64,000 nt of DNA. It comes from Isurus oxyrinchus (Eukaryota). Below the pieces are notes generated by a model. The model made no database searches. It was given only the letters and a program-made list of their open reading frames with translations, and had not been told where the DNA came from. Numbering within the stretch: position 1 is the stretch's first letter; the number at the start of each line of letters is the position of its first letter. A program made the position numbers and the translations under genes. The stretch lies in contig JANJGN010000042.1 in NCBI GenBank assembly GCA_026770705.1, forward strand, positions 2,604,001 to 2,668,000, read 5' to 3'. This document shows positions 49,582 to 63,186 of the stretch, piece by piece.

Positions 49582-50223
49582 TCCCGCGTGCACTGGATCA
49601 TGCTCACATGCTCGAACAAATCAACACAGAAGACATACACACATGCAGACAAAAACACGCAGACAGACACACACACACACATACACACACACACACACAT
49701 ACATAAACAACAAACACATCCACACACAAACACGCACACACAACATTGGATCATGCCCGAACACATAAACAAAGGCTGACATAAACACAGTGAGAGAAAA
49801 GCACACGGACAGGCACAGATGCACATATAAGCACACACACACATACGTAAACAAGCACACACATCCCCACACACACACTAACATCCACACACACACACAA
49901 ATGCACACAGGCTTTGACACAGACATGCACACACAGACGCACTTACAGACACACAAACACATGCATATATGAACACGCATACAGTTATGCACAGATATAC
50001 ACACATTCAGGCACACATGCAGGCAGACAGATGCACACACACTAACACATCCACTGGATCATACACATATGCCCGAACAGATAAACACAGACTGGCATTG
50101 ACACAGACAGACAAAATTACACAGACAGACACAGAGGCACACACGCATGCATGCACATACACAGACACACACACAAACATACAAACATACATAAACAAGC
50201 ACACACATTGACGCACACACACA

Positions 50224-50259
<36 letters not shown>

Positions 50260-51049
50260 AACGCACTCTGATAGACACACACAAACATAGGCATGCGCAC
50301 ACACACACTCACACATGCATAAACGAGCATACATACAGGCATACACCGACATACACACATTCGTGCACACACGCAGGCAGATAGACACACACACCCACCC
50401 ACTGGATCATGCACACTTGCCCGATCACATAAACACAGACTGACATTGACACAGACAGACAAAAGCACGCACCCAGACACAGAGGCATCACACACACACA
50501 AAAGCATATGTAAACAAGCACACACATCGACATACACACACACACATTCACACACACACACATTCACACACACACACATTCACGCACACACACATACACA
50601 AACACACACACATTTGGGTAGATACAAACCCACAGACATTGAAGCAGACATGCACACACACATGCACTTACAGACACACACACACACACACACACACATG
50701 CATACATGAGATCGCATACAGGCAAAACAGAGGTACACACATTCGAGCACACAAGCAGACAGGCAGACAGAGACACACAGAAGCACACATACATCATAAA
50801 GAGAAACACACACTCACACACATCCAGACACAAGATCACACACACACATACGCAAACACACACACAATCGCACAGGCATATACACAAACCCGCACACACA
50901 TATTCACACAAACACACACACACACAAACACATGGACGCATACACACAAAAACAAATTGAGTCACACGATCAAAACACACAAACACACATGTAAACGCAC
51001 ATCCACATACTGATAAAATACACACACAAACACACACACAGGCAGAAGA

Positions 51050-51085
<36 letters not shown>

Positions 51086-51375
51086 AAACATGCATAGGTA
51101 CACAGAAACAAACACACAGGTTCGTGCATAGGCACGGGAAAAGAGGCACACGTACACAAACACGTGCAAGCATGCATGGATACATAGGCAGGCATACACG
51201 CGCACACACATACACATACATACACAAGCACAAGCATACATATACACACAAACCAGCACACAGACACATATACACATAGCCACACACACAAGCACACAAG
51301 AATGCACATGCAAACACAGACCCACACAATGATAAACATGCACAGGCATACACACACAAACAAACACACACTCAC

Positions 51376-51406
<31 letters not shown>

Positions 51407-52400
51407 AGAGTACACATATACATAGAAAATATGCAGACATGCAACTCACAGGAACACACAGCACATATGCACAGATGCAACCTCACACTCAGAAATATAC
51501 ACTCACTCTCGACAAACAGACACACAGACAGACACACTCACGCACAAGCAAGCACCTGAAAATGCAGATATCCTCTCACACACATGCACACACAGTCACA
51601 CACATGCAAACGGTTGTGAGCAAACACACAAACACACATGCATGGATGCACTCAACACACACAATTACAGATATACACAACCCCATAAACAGGCTCAGAC
51701 AGGTCCTGTAAGTTTGTACATGAACATGTTCATTACTGTGCTTCAACGAGCACAACAATACAGAATTAAGGACACACTATCATACACAATAGTGCACATG
51801 CATAGGCATTTGTACACACACATTAAAAATCGACAAACGGGTACACAGACAAATAGATGAGCAGACAGTAACATTTTCACAAACATAGTGCAAGAAACAA
51901 CTATGAATACATCCACGCACTCACATTAAAACAAACATATGTAAACACACGCTTTAGTAAACATAGATACGTAAATATACATTAAGACAAAGCTAGAAAC
52001 ATCCAAGAACACATAACGGCACGCCTCAACATACTCACACGCTCATGGGGGCACAATCATTAACATATCAAACATAGAACATAAAAAGGCACAATATCAG
52101 ATATATTAACAGGCATGGACGTAAATAAACTCCTTAACACAGACATTAATAAGTGAACATAAACATCAACGCATACAGACACATTAACACACTGATACAC
52201 ATTCATTTACAAATGGACAAACATACACACAAAGGCGGGCCACATATAAATAAGCATATCAACACTCATGCCACATGAACACACACATCAACGCTCATAC
52301 AACAGGGCACACAAACACAGTTAAAGGCAGAGCAAGAGATACACGTGCACATATACGCAAATATTTAAAAAACACAAAGGCAAATGCCAGGCTAAAGACG
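48790..52400 (+). repeat. About 3.6-kb degenerate (CA)n-rich array with higher-order subrepeats
   Basis: Directly visible; recurrent cactggatcatgc...ccgaacacataaac and ccctggcacaagat units. Confidence 0.95.
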
Positions 52401-52974
52401 AAAGAATATTTTAAATCTATTTTTTTTAAAGGACACATCTTCCAAAAATTTCTGGGAGCACATAAAGACCCAGGAGACAGGCTGAAGCAATGTTCTTAAT
52501 CATAAACTGATTTAAGTTAATTATGTGCCAAACATTACCACCACAAATAAACAAACAAGATCAAAATTCACAAAAGATAGCTAACAGAGTTCAGAGTCTT
52601 GGAATTAATAGCTATCAGTACTTATCATTAAAATAATTGTGATCAATTAGCAAACCTCCTGCAATTTCCACCATAATATAATCCAGTGATAGGTCGTACT
52701 AAATTCATCCAAAATAAACTGGCATCGAAGGAATAAAAACACATTTTCCAGTAGGGGCAGGATGAGAAATGTAAAGTGAGAGCAGCTGTGGAGTTAGTAA
52801 CAGACAGAGATTATTGAGAGTCACTTATTCATTAATAGATATGCATTGAAAACTTAATTACTGAACAGATCAAAAGCTTGAGGAAGATACAATAGAATTA
52901 ATATATTAAAAAAACGGTAAGACACCCTCGATTAATAAGAATGCAATTAAAATTCCTCGGTTATATCCCTGTAG

Positions 52975-53102
52975 ATTCCACAGACCGCATCTGGATTGAA
53001 GACAATGAGCATGATAACGGGAACATCTGGACAACCGCTTCCACATTCATTGTCCTGTTCTTCCTGAGCATTTTCTACAGCACTGCCGTCACTCTGGCGA
53101 AG
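52975..53102 (+). CDS. IGHM: IgM transmembrane exon TM1
   Basis: ccctgtag acceptor; (D)STDRIWIEDNEHDNGNIWTTASTFIVLFFLSIFYSTAVTLAK (CART motif); donor ag/gtgaga. Confidence 0.96.
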
Positions 53103-53242
53103 GTGAGAAGATCCAATCCACTAACACTACAATCTGACAGAAGCGGTTTGAAAACTTTCTAAATATTTGAACAATTAAAGACTATAACATAAATGCACCA
53201 GATCATAAACATCTGCTTCATTATTTTCTCCCTCTTTTACAG

Positions 53243-53251
53243 ATCAAGTGA
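53243..53251 (+). CDS. IGHM: IgM TM2 exon coding part (IK-stop)
   Basis: Polypyrimidine tract, ttttacag/ATC AAG TGA; AATAAA at about 53649 and 53684. Confidence 0.9.
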   Translation: MK

Positions 53252-54629
53252 TCGGTTGAACTTGGACCCCGTAGCTTTTCCTCAGCTGTTCATTAAATCT
53301 CTGTATTTCAATTTAAAATATGTTCTCTTAATGATCCCGAATCTGTGACCGAGCCTCTAACAGTATTTCTGTGATCCTGTAAGAAATGTGCGAAATGGTA
53401 ATGGTTGTAATGTAATTGTAGCATCTAATTTCCCTGGAATTAGGATTTCAATTTTAATTAAATAACTTTTCTCATTCCTTATTCACTATTGCCCCCTTCC
53501 CTTTCCATTGAGCCGCTGTTTTCTTTTTCTGATCTATGTTCCAGTGGTACATACAGTTTACCAACTCAGAGCGCATATGGACTCAGAGCGCATGTGTTCT
53601 GTTCCCAACGTGACTTCAGGAATTATATTCACTTCTGTTAACTTTAAAATAAACTTTCCTGTAAAATATTCTCTGAAATGACTAATAAATCTGGAATGAA
53701 AAGTGAACTAACTGTGACTTTGCTGAATTCCTTTCTCCAAGGCCCATCGACACCGCTCCATTTTCCCTATTGCACATTTCTCTCAGTTTTACCAGTCCTG
53801 TCTGGGATCACATGTCTGGCAATTCCAAACTGTAGGGTTCGGCTTCATCGGAGGCTGATATAGGACAGGAAATTGGAGCATAAAACGCCCTTTACAATGC
53901 CCCATCAAACACTCCCACGGTTGGTGCAGCCAGGATCAGGAAAAGGGTAAAGATCCCTCTGCATTGTTGGATTAAACACTTTGAAGGTGGGGATGCCACA
54001 GGCTAGATATATGACACAGGCAGAATAAGGAGCACAAACCAATGGGTGTATCCAGGGACTGAAGCGTATCTGGCACTGATATATTATTAAGTACAACTCC
54101 TGCAAATTATTACAGAGCTTTAGGTCTCTTGGACATACCTGGGGGGACAAAACTGCGAAAATGCTCAAAGACGGGGTTCAATGTTATGCAGCAAGTAACC
54201 ATAAACATGAGGCTTGTTCCCAGACCCTGGGGCCGATCGGATACTGAGACACTGGCTTCACATTTTCTGTTAAATACACAAACAGACATAGCCCACACCT
54301 CGCCCTGCCCCACCCCTTTCTGTTAAGCATATACACGTCCTTATTCCGGTAAACACACATTGACTCTCCACTTCCACCTTTTCTGTTAAATCCATTAGCC
54401 CTGTCATTTTCCCTTATGCTTCGATAATGAATCGTATTCCTGATCAGCTCAGTCGTACTGATACCATCTCCCTGAACTCACTGAACATCACCCCAGGGAT
54501 CCGTTCTCCCTGCTCCATTCCCTCTGATACCAATTTCCTGAACTCACTGAACATCACCCCAGGGGTAAACACAGAAAGCGCTGGAAAGCTCGGCAGGTCT
54601 GATAGCATCTCCAGTTATCTCCACTTGCC

Positions 54630-55115
54630 TGGGTGAGCGCAGTTCCAACAACACACTAGAAGTTCGACACCATCCAGCACAAAGTCGCTCAATTGTTGAC
54701 AGCTCATCTACCAGCTTCACCATTCACTCCCTCCACCACCGCCGCACAGTAGCAGCAGTGTGTGCCAATTACTAGATGCACTGCAGGAACTCATCAAGGC
54801 TCCTTCGATAGCACCTTTCACACCCACGACATCTACCATCTAGAAAGACAAGGGCAACAGATACGTGGGAAAACCACCACCTGGAATTTCCTTCAAGGGC
54901 ACTCACCATTTTGACTTGGAAATGTATCGCTGCTCCTTTGCTGTCGCTGGGTCAAAATTATGGATCTCCCTTCCTAACAGCACTGTGTGTGTACCTGCAC
55001 TACATGGACTGTAGCGGTTCAAGAAGGCAGCTCACCATCACCTTCTCAAGGGCAATTACGGATGGGCAGAGAAATGTTGGACTCACCAACGAAGCCCACG
55101 TCCCTTGAAATAATA
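54630..55115 (+). mobile_element. LINE 3' fragment (same family as 23570-24882)
   Basis: Colinear with 24430-24880; another copy at about 58575-58895. Confidence 0.8.
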
Positions 55116-55469
55116 ATAAATAATTTTCTAACTGATCATTGGGAATAGAAAAGCCGATTCTTGGAAAAAAAATGGACAGCCTGATATCACTTTGTAAACA
55201 ATAGAAAACAACCCAATAGTTATTAATAAATAGTTGCAGTATTAAACTATCTGCAATTAAAATGCAGGAACACTTTGGGATTTAACACATTCACTGAGGG
55301 CGGAGATGGGCTGAAGGTTATCACTGAAGTTAATGTAGGGGAATTATTCTTTATTTAGTTTTTTATTCAGAAAAGCGTTATTAGAAAATCGGAGATTTAA
55401 AGGAATGGGCAATTTCCCAGAGACAGAGAGACAGAGGGAGAGAGAGAGAGTTCAGTAAGTTTCAGTGAG

Positions 55470-57480
55470 TTAGACTCTGTCTCAGGGAGAGAGATGACAG
55501 ACATTAAGTAAGTGTGCTGACAAACATGCACATCTTAGCAAAGAAATGGTCAGTATCACATGAAATTCTAAACAAGAGCACAACAGAATGTACTACAAAT
55601 AAATATTTACGATATTAGGCGATCTGTAGTTACAGGTTGAATAAGAGAAAATAAAAAAAGCTGAAACATTCTGGTGAAGATAAATCTTTTATCTTTGCAG
55701 AATGATATAGCATGATTTCATTTAACATAGACACACACAAAAGGTGATGTCTCATATGTAATTCTGTTGGCTGTAATGCAAATTAATATGAGGAGCTGCT
55801 TGGAACAACCAGTCAATGGGAAACCTCTAGTTTTAGGCCAAAGTGAGAGGCCCATTTCTAACTCAACATCCACTTTATAGAGACATAGACAAGTGAATTA
55901 ACAACAGAGACAGAGTTTGGTGTGGTAATTACTGAGACAGGGCCTAGTGCAATTTAAGCAAAGATATTACAGGTGCAGAAATAATCGAGACAGCATCTAA
56001 TGTTACTTAAGCAAAGATGTGACTGAGTGCACGAATAACAGGGATGGGGACAAGAGCTATATTAACATGGACAGGGTCTACTGCTATAATAGCGGAGACG
56101 GGATTACAGGGCCTGGATCAATATCAAGTGAAATAGGGCAGTTATTACAGGCACAGGGCCTAGAGTAATTGCTTCCTAGAGAGAGTCTAAGTCGTAATAA
56201 TGGAGACTGCTGCCAGTGTAAGAGAGACAGGTATGATGTCGTGGAGTAAAATCAGGGAAAGGGAGAGTGGAATAGAAGCAGAGACAGAGGTACAAAGACA
56301 AAGCCTCTGCAGAGACAGGATCCATTTTAATTGAAAAGACAGACAAGGTCGTGTGTGATACAGGCTGATACAGAATCTAGTGTAACTTGTTCTGAAATGG
56401 TCTAGCGGAATATAAATGCAGACATGATGGAGTGTGTTATAAGCAGGGCCGCGATTAGTGGAACATAAGTGAGGCAGTGCAGTGTGTAGTAATAATTGAG
56501 ACAGGATCTTGTGTAATACGAACCTGCCTAGTGTAGCAATAACACAGACCAGATCCAGTATAAGAAAACTGATACACGGTCTAGTGGAGCTTCACATAAT
56601 CCAGCGCTCTTTGTAATATAATCTGACACAGTGTCTGGTGAATTAAATACCTGCAAAGGTACGAGATTAATAAAAACAGGGACATGCACTAGTACAGCAA
56701 TAAGAGAGTAATGGTATAGGACAATAACAACAGAAACAGGGAATTGTGTGATATGAATGGAGGAATGTATTGGTGCAGCATTAACTGAGACAGGGTCCAG
56801 TTTGATAGACAGGTGGCAGGTTCTACTGGAGTAATAGCTGAGACAGAGTCTTGTTAAATGCAAATAAAAACATGTTCCAATTTTCTATAACCAGAGACAA
56901 GCTCTAGTGCAGTGCCAACTGGGGCATGGCTTATTGTAACTTCAACCGAGACCTGCTTCAGTGCAGTCATGACTGAGATAGTGCCAATTGTATTGTGGCC
57001 CTAGCCCAGTACATAAACAACTGTGACTGAGCCAATTACAGAAACAACTGATAGATGACCTTCTCTAAAATGATTAGAGACATGTCCTAGTGTAATAGAC
57101 ATAGAAACGGTGTCTAATTTAATATGAACAGGGACAGTGGCAAATGCAGTAAAAATTGAGACAGCGCCTGCTTCATGTGATGTGAGCAATCACGGTTACA
57201 CTGCCACCCATTGGACAGACCTTGCTATTACAGGTGTTGCGAAAATGTCGATTACATTTACTGTTTCTGAGATCAATGGTTAAAATCCGAAATAATGGAA
57301 AACGTAGTCGACAGGATTTGAACCTGCGCGGGGTAACCCCAATGAATTTCAAATCCATCGCCTTAACCACTCGGCCACGACTACAGACCTGGAGAGCAAA
57401 GCATATATATTTCATATATGAAATCATAGAATAGTTACAGCAGAGAAAAAGCGTCTTCTTCCTACCCTGTCACTGCAACA
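55470..57480 (+). repeat. Direct duplicate of about 18730-20750 (27-bp array copy 2 + tRNA-Ser)
   Basis: Colinear over about 2 kb (e.g. catcttagcaaagaaatgg, gagacaagctctagtgcagtgccaactgggg, gtagtc tRNA end). Confidence 0.92.
57303..57384 (-). tRNA. TRNAS-UGA: tRNA-Ser(TGA), probably intact
   Basis: Minus strand gtagtcgtggccgagtggttaaggcgatggatttgaaattcattggggttaccccgcgcaggttcaaatcctgtcgactacg; all stems pair (some G-U). Confidence 0.78.
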
Positions 57481-59396
57481 ACCCAGCCTTTTCCCCATAA
57501 CCCTGCAATTCATACTGCCCCTCCTCGTTCTCCCTCCCAAACTGAGAATGAAAGAGAGAGATTGAAAGAGGAAGAGAAGTGACGGGTTTTGTAGATCCCA
57601 GGGAGAAGAGACTCCAGGAACAGTTCATTGTGACAGTTCACAAAGCAACAAGAAAACAACATTCCCTGAGGAGGGCCAGGAGTGGGAGCGTGTTTAGTTC
57701 AAACACAGAAGACCTGTTCAGCCAATAACAGCATCGGATCTGTTAGACATATACATGAAGTGAACAATGAGGTGAAATAGTGCCACAAGCTGCGGAGGTG
57801 CAACTTTCAATTTCCAAGACCCACCATCCTCATCAATGCACCTCCTCTGAAACTTTCAAGGTCAATGTTGATCCTTTATATGGTGCCGTTCCCAGAACGA
57901 GACAAGGTCCTCCAGGTGTGACCTAACCAGGGCTTTGTATAGCTGCAGCAAACCTTTCCCTCTTTCCTATAACAGCCTCTGTAACAGGTTGTATAGACAG
58001 AGAGATTAGATTGTATCGATCGAATAAGAAAAATAAGGAGATGCTTCATCAGACTAAAATTCCTTTTCAAATTCCATTTGAAATGAACTTAATTTTTTTG
58101 AAAGCTGTATAAGAATCTCCAGCCTAACTCTTCATGTCACTGGGTCAGGGGAACTTTGTTAATTTTCACACACTGTGCATGGACACGGCAGCAGCTCCTG
58201 CACCTCTTTCAATATTGTTTTTCTTAACTCAGAGTTTTCGAAAGGGAATTGGATAATGACTTGAAAGGGAGAAAAACGATCAGGGTGATGGAGAAAGAGA
58301 AGGAAACTGCGACTAATTGGAAAGAACATTGTAAAAAGCTGATATTGATATGATGGTTTAAATGGTCTCCTCGCACACTCTGCCATTTTGTGATGACATC
58401 ACCAGATTAATTTGATGACAACATTTCTAAATTTGCCACCCGAATTCCATTTCTGTAAAACAAAGACGCAAAGTGCGGCTGCAGGACCTCACAGTTTAAC
58501 ATAGTGTGCAGGTGCCTCTGGCTTTGTCAGGTATTGTTCTGTAGGGGAGTGGTTATCACATGTGCATGAAATCACCAAGCCTCCTTAGACAGAACCTTCC
58601 AATCCCACGACAATTACCATCTAGAAAAACAAGGGCAGCAAATAGATGGGAACATGACCATTTGGAATTTCTCCTGCAAGGCACTCACCCTCTTGACTTG
58701 GAAATATGTCACTGTTTCTTCACTGTTGCTGGGTCAAAATCCTGGAACTCCCTTCCTAACAGCACTCTGGGTGTACCTACACCACAAGGACTGCTGCGTT
58801 TCAAGAAGGCAGCTCAGCAGCACCTTCTCAAGGGACAATGGGATGTGCAATAAATGCTGGCCCAGCCAGCGAAGCCCATATCCCGAGAATGAATTACAAA
58901 CTGTCTGCAGAATTAATCATAAATCTTCTTCTCATCCGTGTCACTCAAAGTTATTTTAGTTGCAAACATTCACTAAATTTGGAGTCTGAAACGGAACAAT
59001 CATTGGCCAATTTGATGACACCGTTGTTTTCTGGGTCTTTGTCTCTCCTTAGGCCTCTATCACTCTCGGTGTACATGTCTGTGTGTGTCAATGTGATTCA
59101 GTCCCCTGAGGGGTTGTACACATTTTTTCCTATCACAAACGTTTTACACATTGGTTGTGCAGATTCACATTACAATGTAACAGAGAAAAGAATCAAGATA
59201 AAAGAGGAATCTGCAATGTTCTTGCATCCCATATCTTAACCTCTGCGTTTGCTTTGTTGCACTGATGCCAGTCCCAGCTGTGGTGCCAAATTCCAGCTCT
59301 TGCTCCATTCATTCTGATAGAGATGATACACAGGATTTCTGCGTGTTTTATTACGCAGGGTCATCCCAGCACTTCGCCAAGATTATTAAATCACTG

Positions 59397-59468
59397 CTCC
59401 TTCATCAGGAATCGAACCCACGCCCTGACTATAAAAGCACAGAATCGTAGCTATTGGGCCACCAGGGA
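59397..59468 (-). pseudogene. tRNA-Glu pseudogene (decayed)
   Basis: ggaatcgaaccc...gaatcgtagctattgggccaccaggga. Confidence 0.55.
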
Positions 59469-60666
59469 AGGTGCTCACAAGCCTCACAACCTGGGTAAGC
59501 CATGCTGTCTGTGCCTTTTATTTTCATTTCAAACCTCTTTCATTAGAGACACGTTTCACCCTCAAATTGACACGTTTATATAAAACACAACAACATCCAT
59601 CGTCAGACAGTTCCGGGTTGTTATTGGGTCCTTAAGCGACAAAGAGAAAATAATCCAACTCTCCTGTTGCCCAGCGGGTTCCAACAGCAGTGATTTTTTA
59701 TCTGAATATAAATGTAAAATATCATTTAACAACTGACCAACCATGTACCTACAAATCTATGAAGTTATTGGATTCAAATAGACCCGTTAATGATTCTCTC
59801 TTCCTCAGCTCCGCAGTGAGTGAGACAGGGAAAAGCAGAAAAGCAACAACATTCCGGCCCCGCACTCTCCAATCACCCGCTGCCAGCAGATACACTCACT
59901 TTCCTGAGTGTTTATTCTGTGAAATGGTGAAGGGCGAATCTGAGACGCTTGTAAGATACTGCGCTCAGTTAATATCCAACAACAAACAGGAACAAGGCAG
60001 CTTTCCTTTCACTTAAAAGGGCAAGTTTTGATAATGCTTCTGCATTAATAACTTATATTGATAAAGCGCATTTAATCTGTTGAAACGTCACAAGGCGTCC
60101 CCCGTGAACATTATATAATAAAGTGTGACACCGAGCCTCATATTCGATCAGAATACTAAAAGCTCAGTCAAAGGGGGAGGCTTTAAAAACTGTCTTAAAG
60201 GAGCAAAGTATCGATTTAATGTTCCAGCTAACAGCAATAGTTCTTCTCATTGGCGAAAGAAGTCTCCTGTGTTCAACCTAAACAGACCAATTAGTCGGAG
60301 AAAGTTCTGTCTGGTGAAAAGATCGGGAATGAAAAAAAAAAAGTGGAAAGTAACCTCTAAATGCCAAATGTCAAACCTTTCTGGTACTTTCTCTTATGTC
60401 TCATGACTGGGGATCGGCGCTTCCATTGGCCCACAGCGAATAGGGTGGAGGGTTTGGAAATTGAAAGTTACTCATGAGCAGCTTGTGGGACTATTCACCT
60501 CACTGTCGAGTTCATGTTCCAGCTCACAGAAACCGTTGTTTTTATTGGCTGAAGAATTCGTTTGTGTTAAGCCTAAACAGGCAATTTTGTGGTGAAAGAG
60601 ATCTGAACTGAAAAACAATAGGCAAAAGCAGCGTGGATAAGCCAAATCGAAAAGATTTTGATCGAT

Positions 60667-60738
60667 TCCTTGGTTGTCTAGTGGTTAGGATTCGGCGCTT
60701 TAAGCACCACGGCCCGGGTTCGATTCCCAGTCAGGGAA
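60667..60738 (+). pseudogene. tRNA-Glu pseudogene (TTA anticodon), paralog of 366-437
   Basis: Same lesions as 366-437. Confidence 0.85.
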
Positions 60739-63112
60739 TGAAGGTTTGTTGAGTGTGGTCAATTTCTACTTGCGAACAGCTCCACCAAGAGTTAAAAGTT
60801 TAGCCTCACAGCAAGAAATATCACACTTCGAATAAGTCGCGAACAAACAGAAAAGAAGAAGGGCTGGTTGCAAGGCGAAATATCGGTGGGAGAAAGATGA
60901 TTGTTACTGTCTCCTATTTGCACCGGCACAAATATCCCTTCTGATCAATCAACTCCGCTTTGAAAGCAGCGCGCCGGGCCCAATGGGCTCTTTCTATGCT
61001 ATAATTATCTATAATGTTATGTTTCCCAACACCACCAACAATGCCTTTTTATAACCCACTCTAGATAAGTGCGCTTTCTTACCTTGTATTCGGCTCGTCT
61101 GAAACCAAAACACGGAGCAATTCAGCGAGTTTTCTTGTCATTTCCAGCACGAGATTAGTCACGAGACTAAATGAGCGACACATTAATGGTGCCGATCCTT
61201 CACTGGAGCTCACCGTGTGCAAAAAGCACTGTTATCATCAGCCTGTTCGGCACCTTCCTGCAGTACATCTGCTGAACAAATATAAGCTTATCACAGCTCT
61301 GCTTTCTTCACATTGAAATCCAGTGTAAAAATGTGAACAACATCAAAGCTGATTAACGTAGACAAGACTGGAAGGAGAGTGTGACTGTGGATAATCGGCA
61401 CTGTGCACATTCCTGTAATCCGTACCTGGGGGAATCAGGAAGATGAGATCATGGTGTCTTTTTACTCTATGGTCTGCAAACCTATCGTCTTGTGTCTTAT
61501 ATTCCCACGAACTGACTGTGTCTGCATCAAGCAGCTAATTGACCCGGGAGCTGTAGGGGCAGAGGGAGCTGGAGGCGAGACAGTGACAGAAGCAGAAAGA
61601 AACGCGATATGAAAATGTTTTGAATTTGATGTCTGTCAGTTGGTGCCAGTGGTGAATGTCTACCTTGTAGGTTCCACTGAATGAGGTTGTGTTTTTTTTT
61701 GTTTTAGAGCAGCAAAATTGAAAATGACAACAGCCCCCAGCGTGGGGCTCCAAGACCTGACCCTGAAATTAAGCGTTTTATATTCTGTTGACTGAGTTAG
61801 CCGGGAATGGGGGAAGGGATCCTTCATATCCCAACCCATATGGCGACAGACGTGTTTTTTTCACCAGGAGCCTCAGCTTGTTCTGAAACTGAGTGTAGAA
61901 GGGAGTCGACCTACAAAAGCCCCAAGGTTGCAATGCAATCCTTTCAATCTCAGTAACATCGTTCACATCTTCCACTTCTTAGTTAGACCTCCTGCCAAAA
62001 ATTTCAAACTCTCTCTTTCATTTTTCATCCTCACATTTTTCTCTAACGTTTTAACATGAAGTTGTACAACTAATTTAAATAAGGTTAGTGATGGTAAAAA
62101 TGTGTTCACCCCTTGGGGAACTGACTCACATTGACACACACAGAGGAACACACACAAACATATGCACCGAGGGTGACAGAGGGAAAGGTTTGTCTCTAAG
62201 GAGAGGCAAATATTCATAAAGCAAGCATGACACCAAGTTTTATTCCAGTTCCAAGTTTCATGAGTGTTTTCGTGAACGAACAGAAATAGAAAAAAACCCA
62301 AGTGTTTATATGGATTTTATTGCATTTAACCGATAATTAACTCTGTAGACACATTTTAAACCAGGAATAATGACAAGTGGGAATCTCAATGGACTTGGGC
62401 TCCATCACCTAAATCAATCGACCACGACAACTGGCCATGTGCACAGGTTAATGTCGATAGTATAAAATCATAAATATCTACAGCAGAGGAAGACGACATT
62501 CTGCCCATCGTGACAATGCCGGCTGATGGCAAAAGGAATACAGCTAATTTGATAACCCCACATTTTCTCTACTGCAATTCAAATTGATATTGTCTCTCCT
62601 CCCTCTTCCTGTTAAAATGAAGCATGACAGGCATTTATTTTGACAGTGAGCTGGCACCTTTTGCATCATTCGCGTTTGTAGTTGCATATTAAGTGAATGT
62701 AATATATCTCAGTCACATTACATTTCCTCTTCACCACTTCACAGGATAAACCCTCAGCGAAGTGAGAAAATCTTTCAGCTGGCAGCGGGTGATTGGAGAG
62801 TGGGGGGCCGGAATATTGCTACTTTTCTGCTTTTCTCTGTCTCACTCACTGTGAAGCCGAGAAAGAGAGAATAATTGACGGGTTTGTTTGAATCCAATAA
62901 TTTCACAGGTGTCTATTGAGTTAGGTGTAATTATATAGTCATTTATTGTTTTTTATTGTGTTTGAAATGAACATTCAAAACAAAAACATCGGTGTGGGAA
63001 CACACTGGTTAAGGGTAAAGTTTGCGGAATAATTCCTTGCAGCTCAAGTAGCCAATGAGAGCCCGGAACTGTGTGACAATGAAAGCTGATAGGGAGAAAA
63101 AAGTGAAATCTT

Positions 63113-63186
63113 GGTCCCTGGGTCGTTTTGAACCATCAACTTTTTGCTTAACAGTTGAATGCAATAAACAATTGCGCCACAGAGAC
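63113..63186 (-). pseudogene. tRNA-Asn pseudogene, paralog of 2808-2881
   Basis: gtccctgggtcgttttgaaccatcaac...gcgccacagagac. Confidence 0.8.

Noticed and set aside
48766-51860. Many Cys/Val- or His/Thr-rich ORFs up to 283 aa
   Set aside because: Translations of (CA)n/(TG)n low-complexity sequence.
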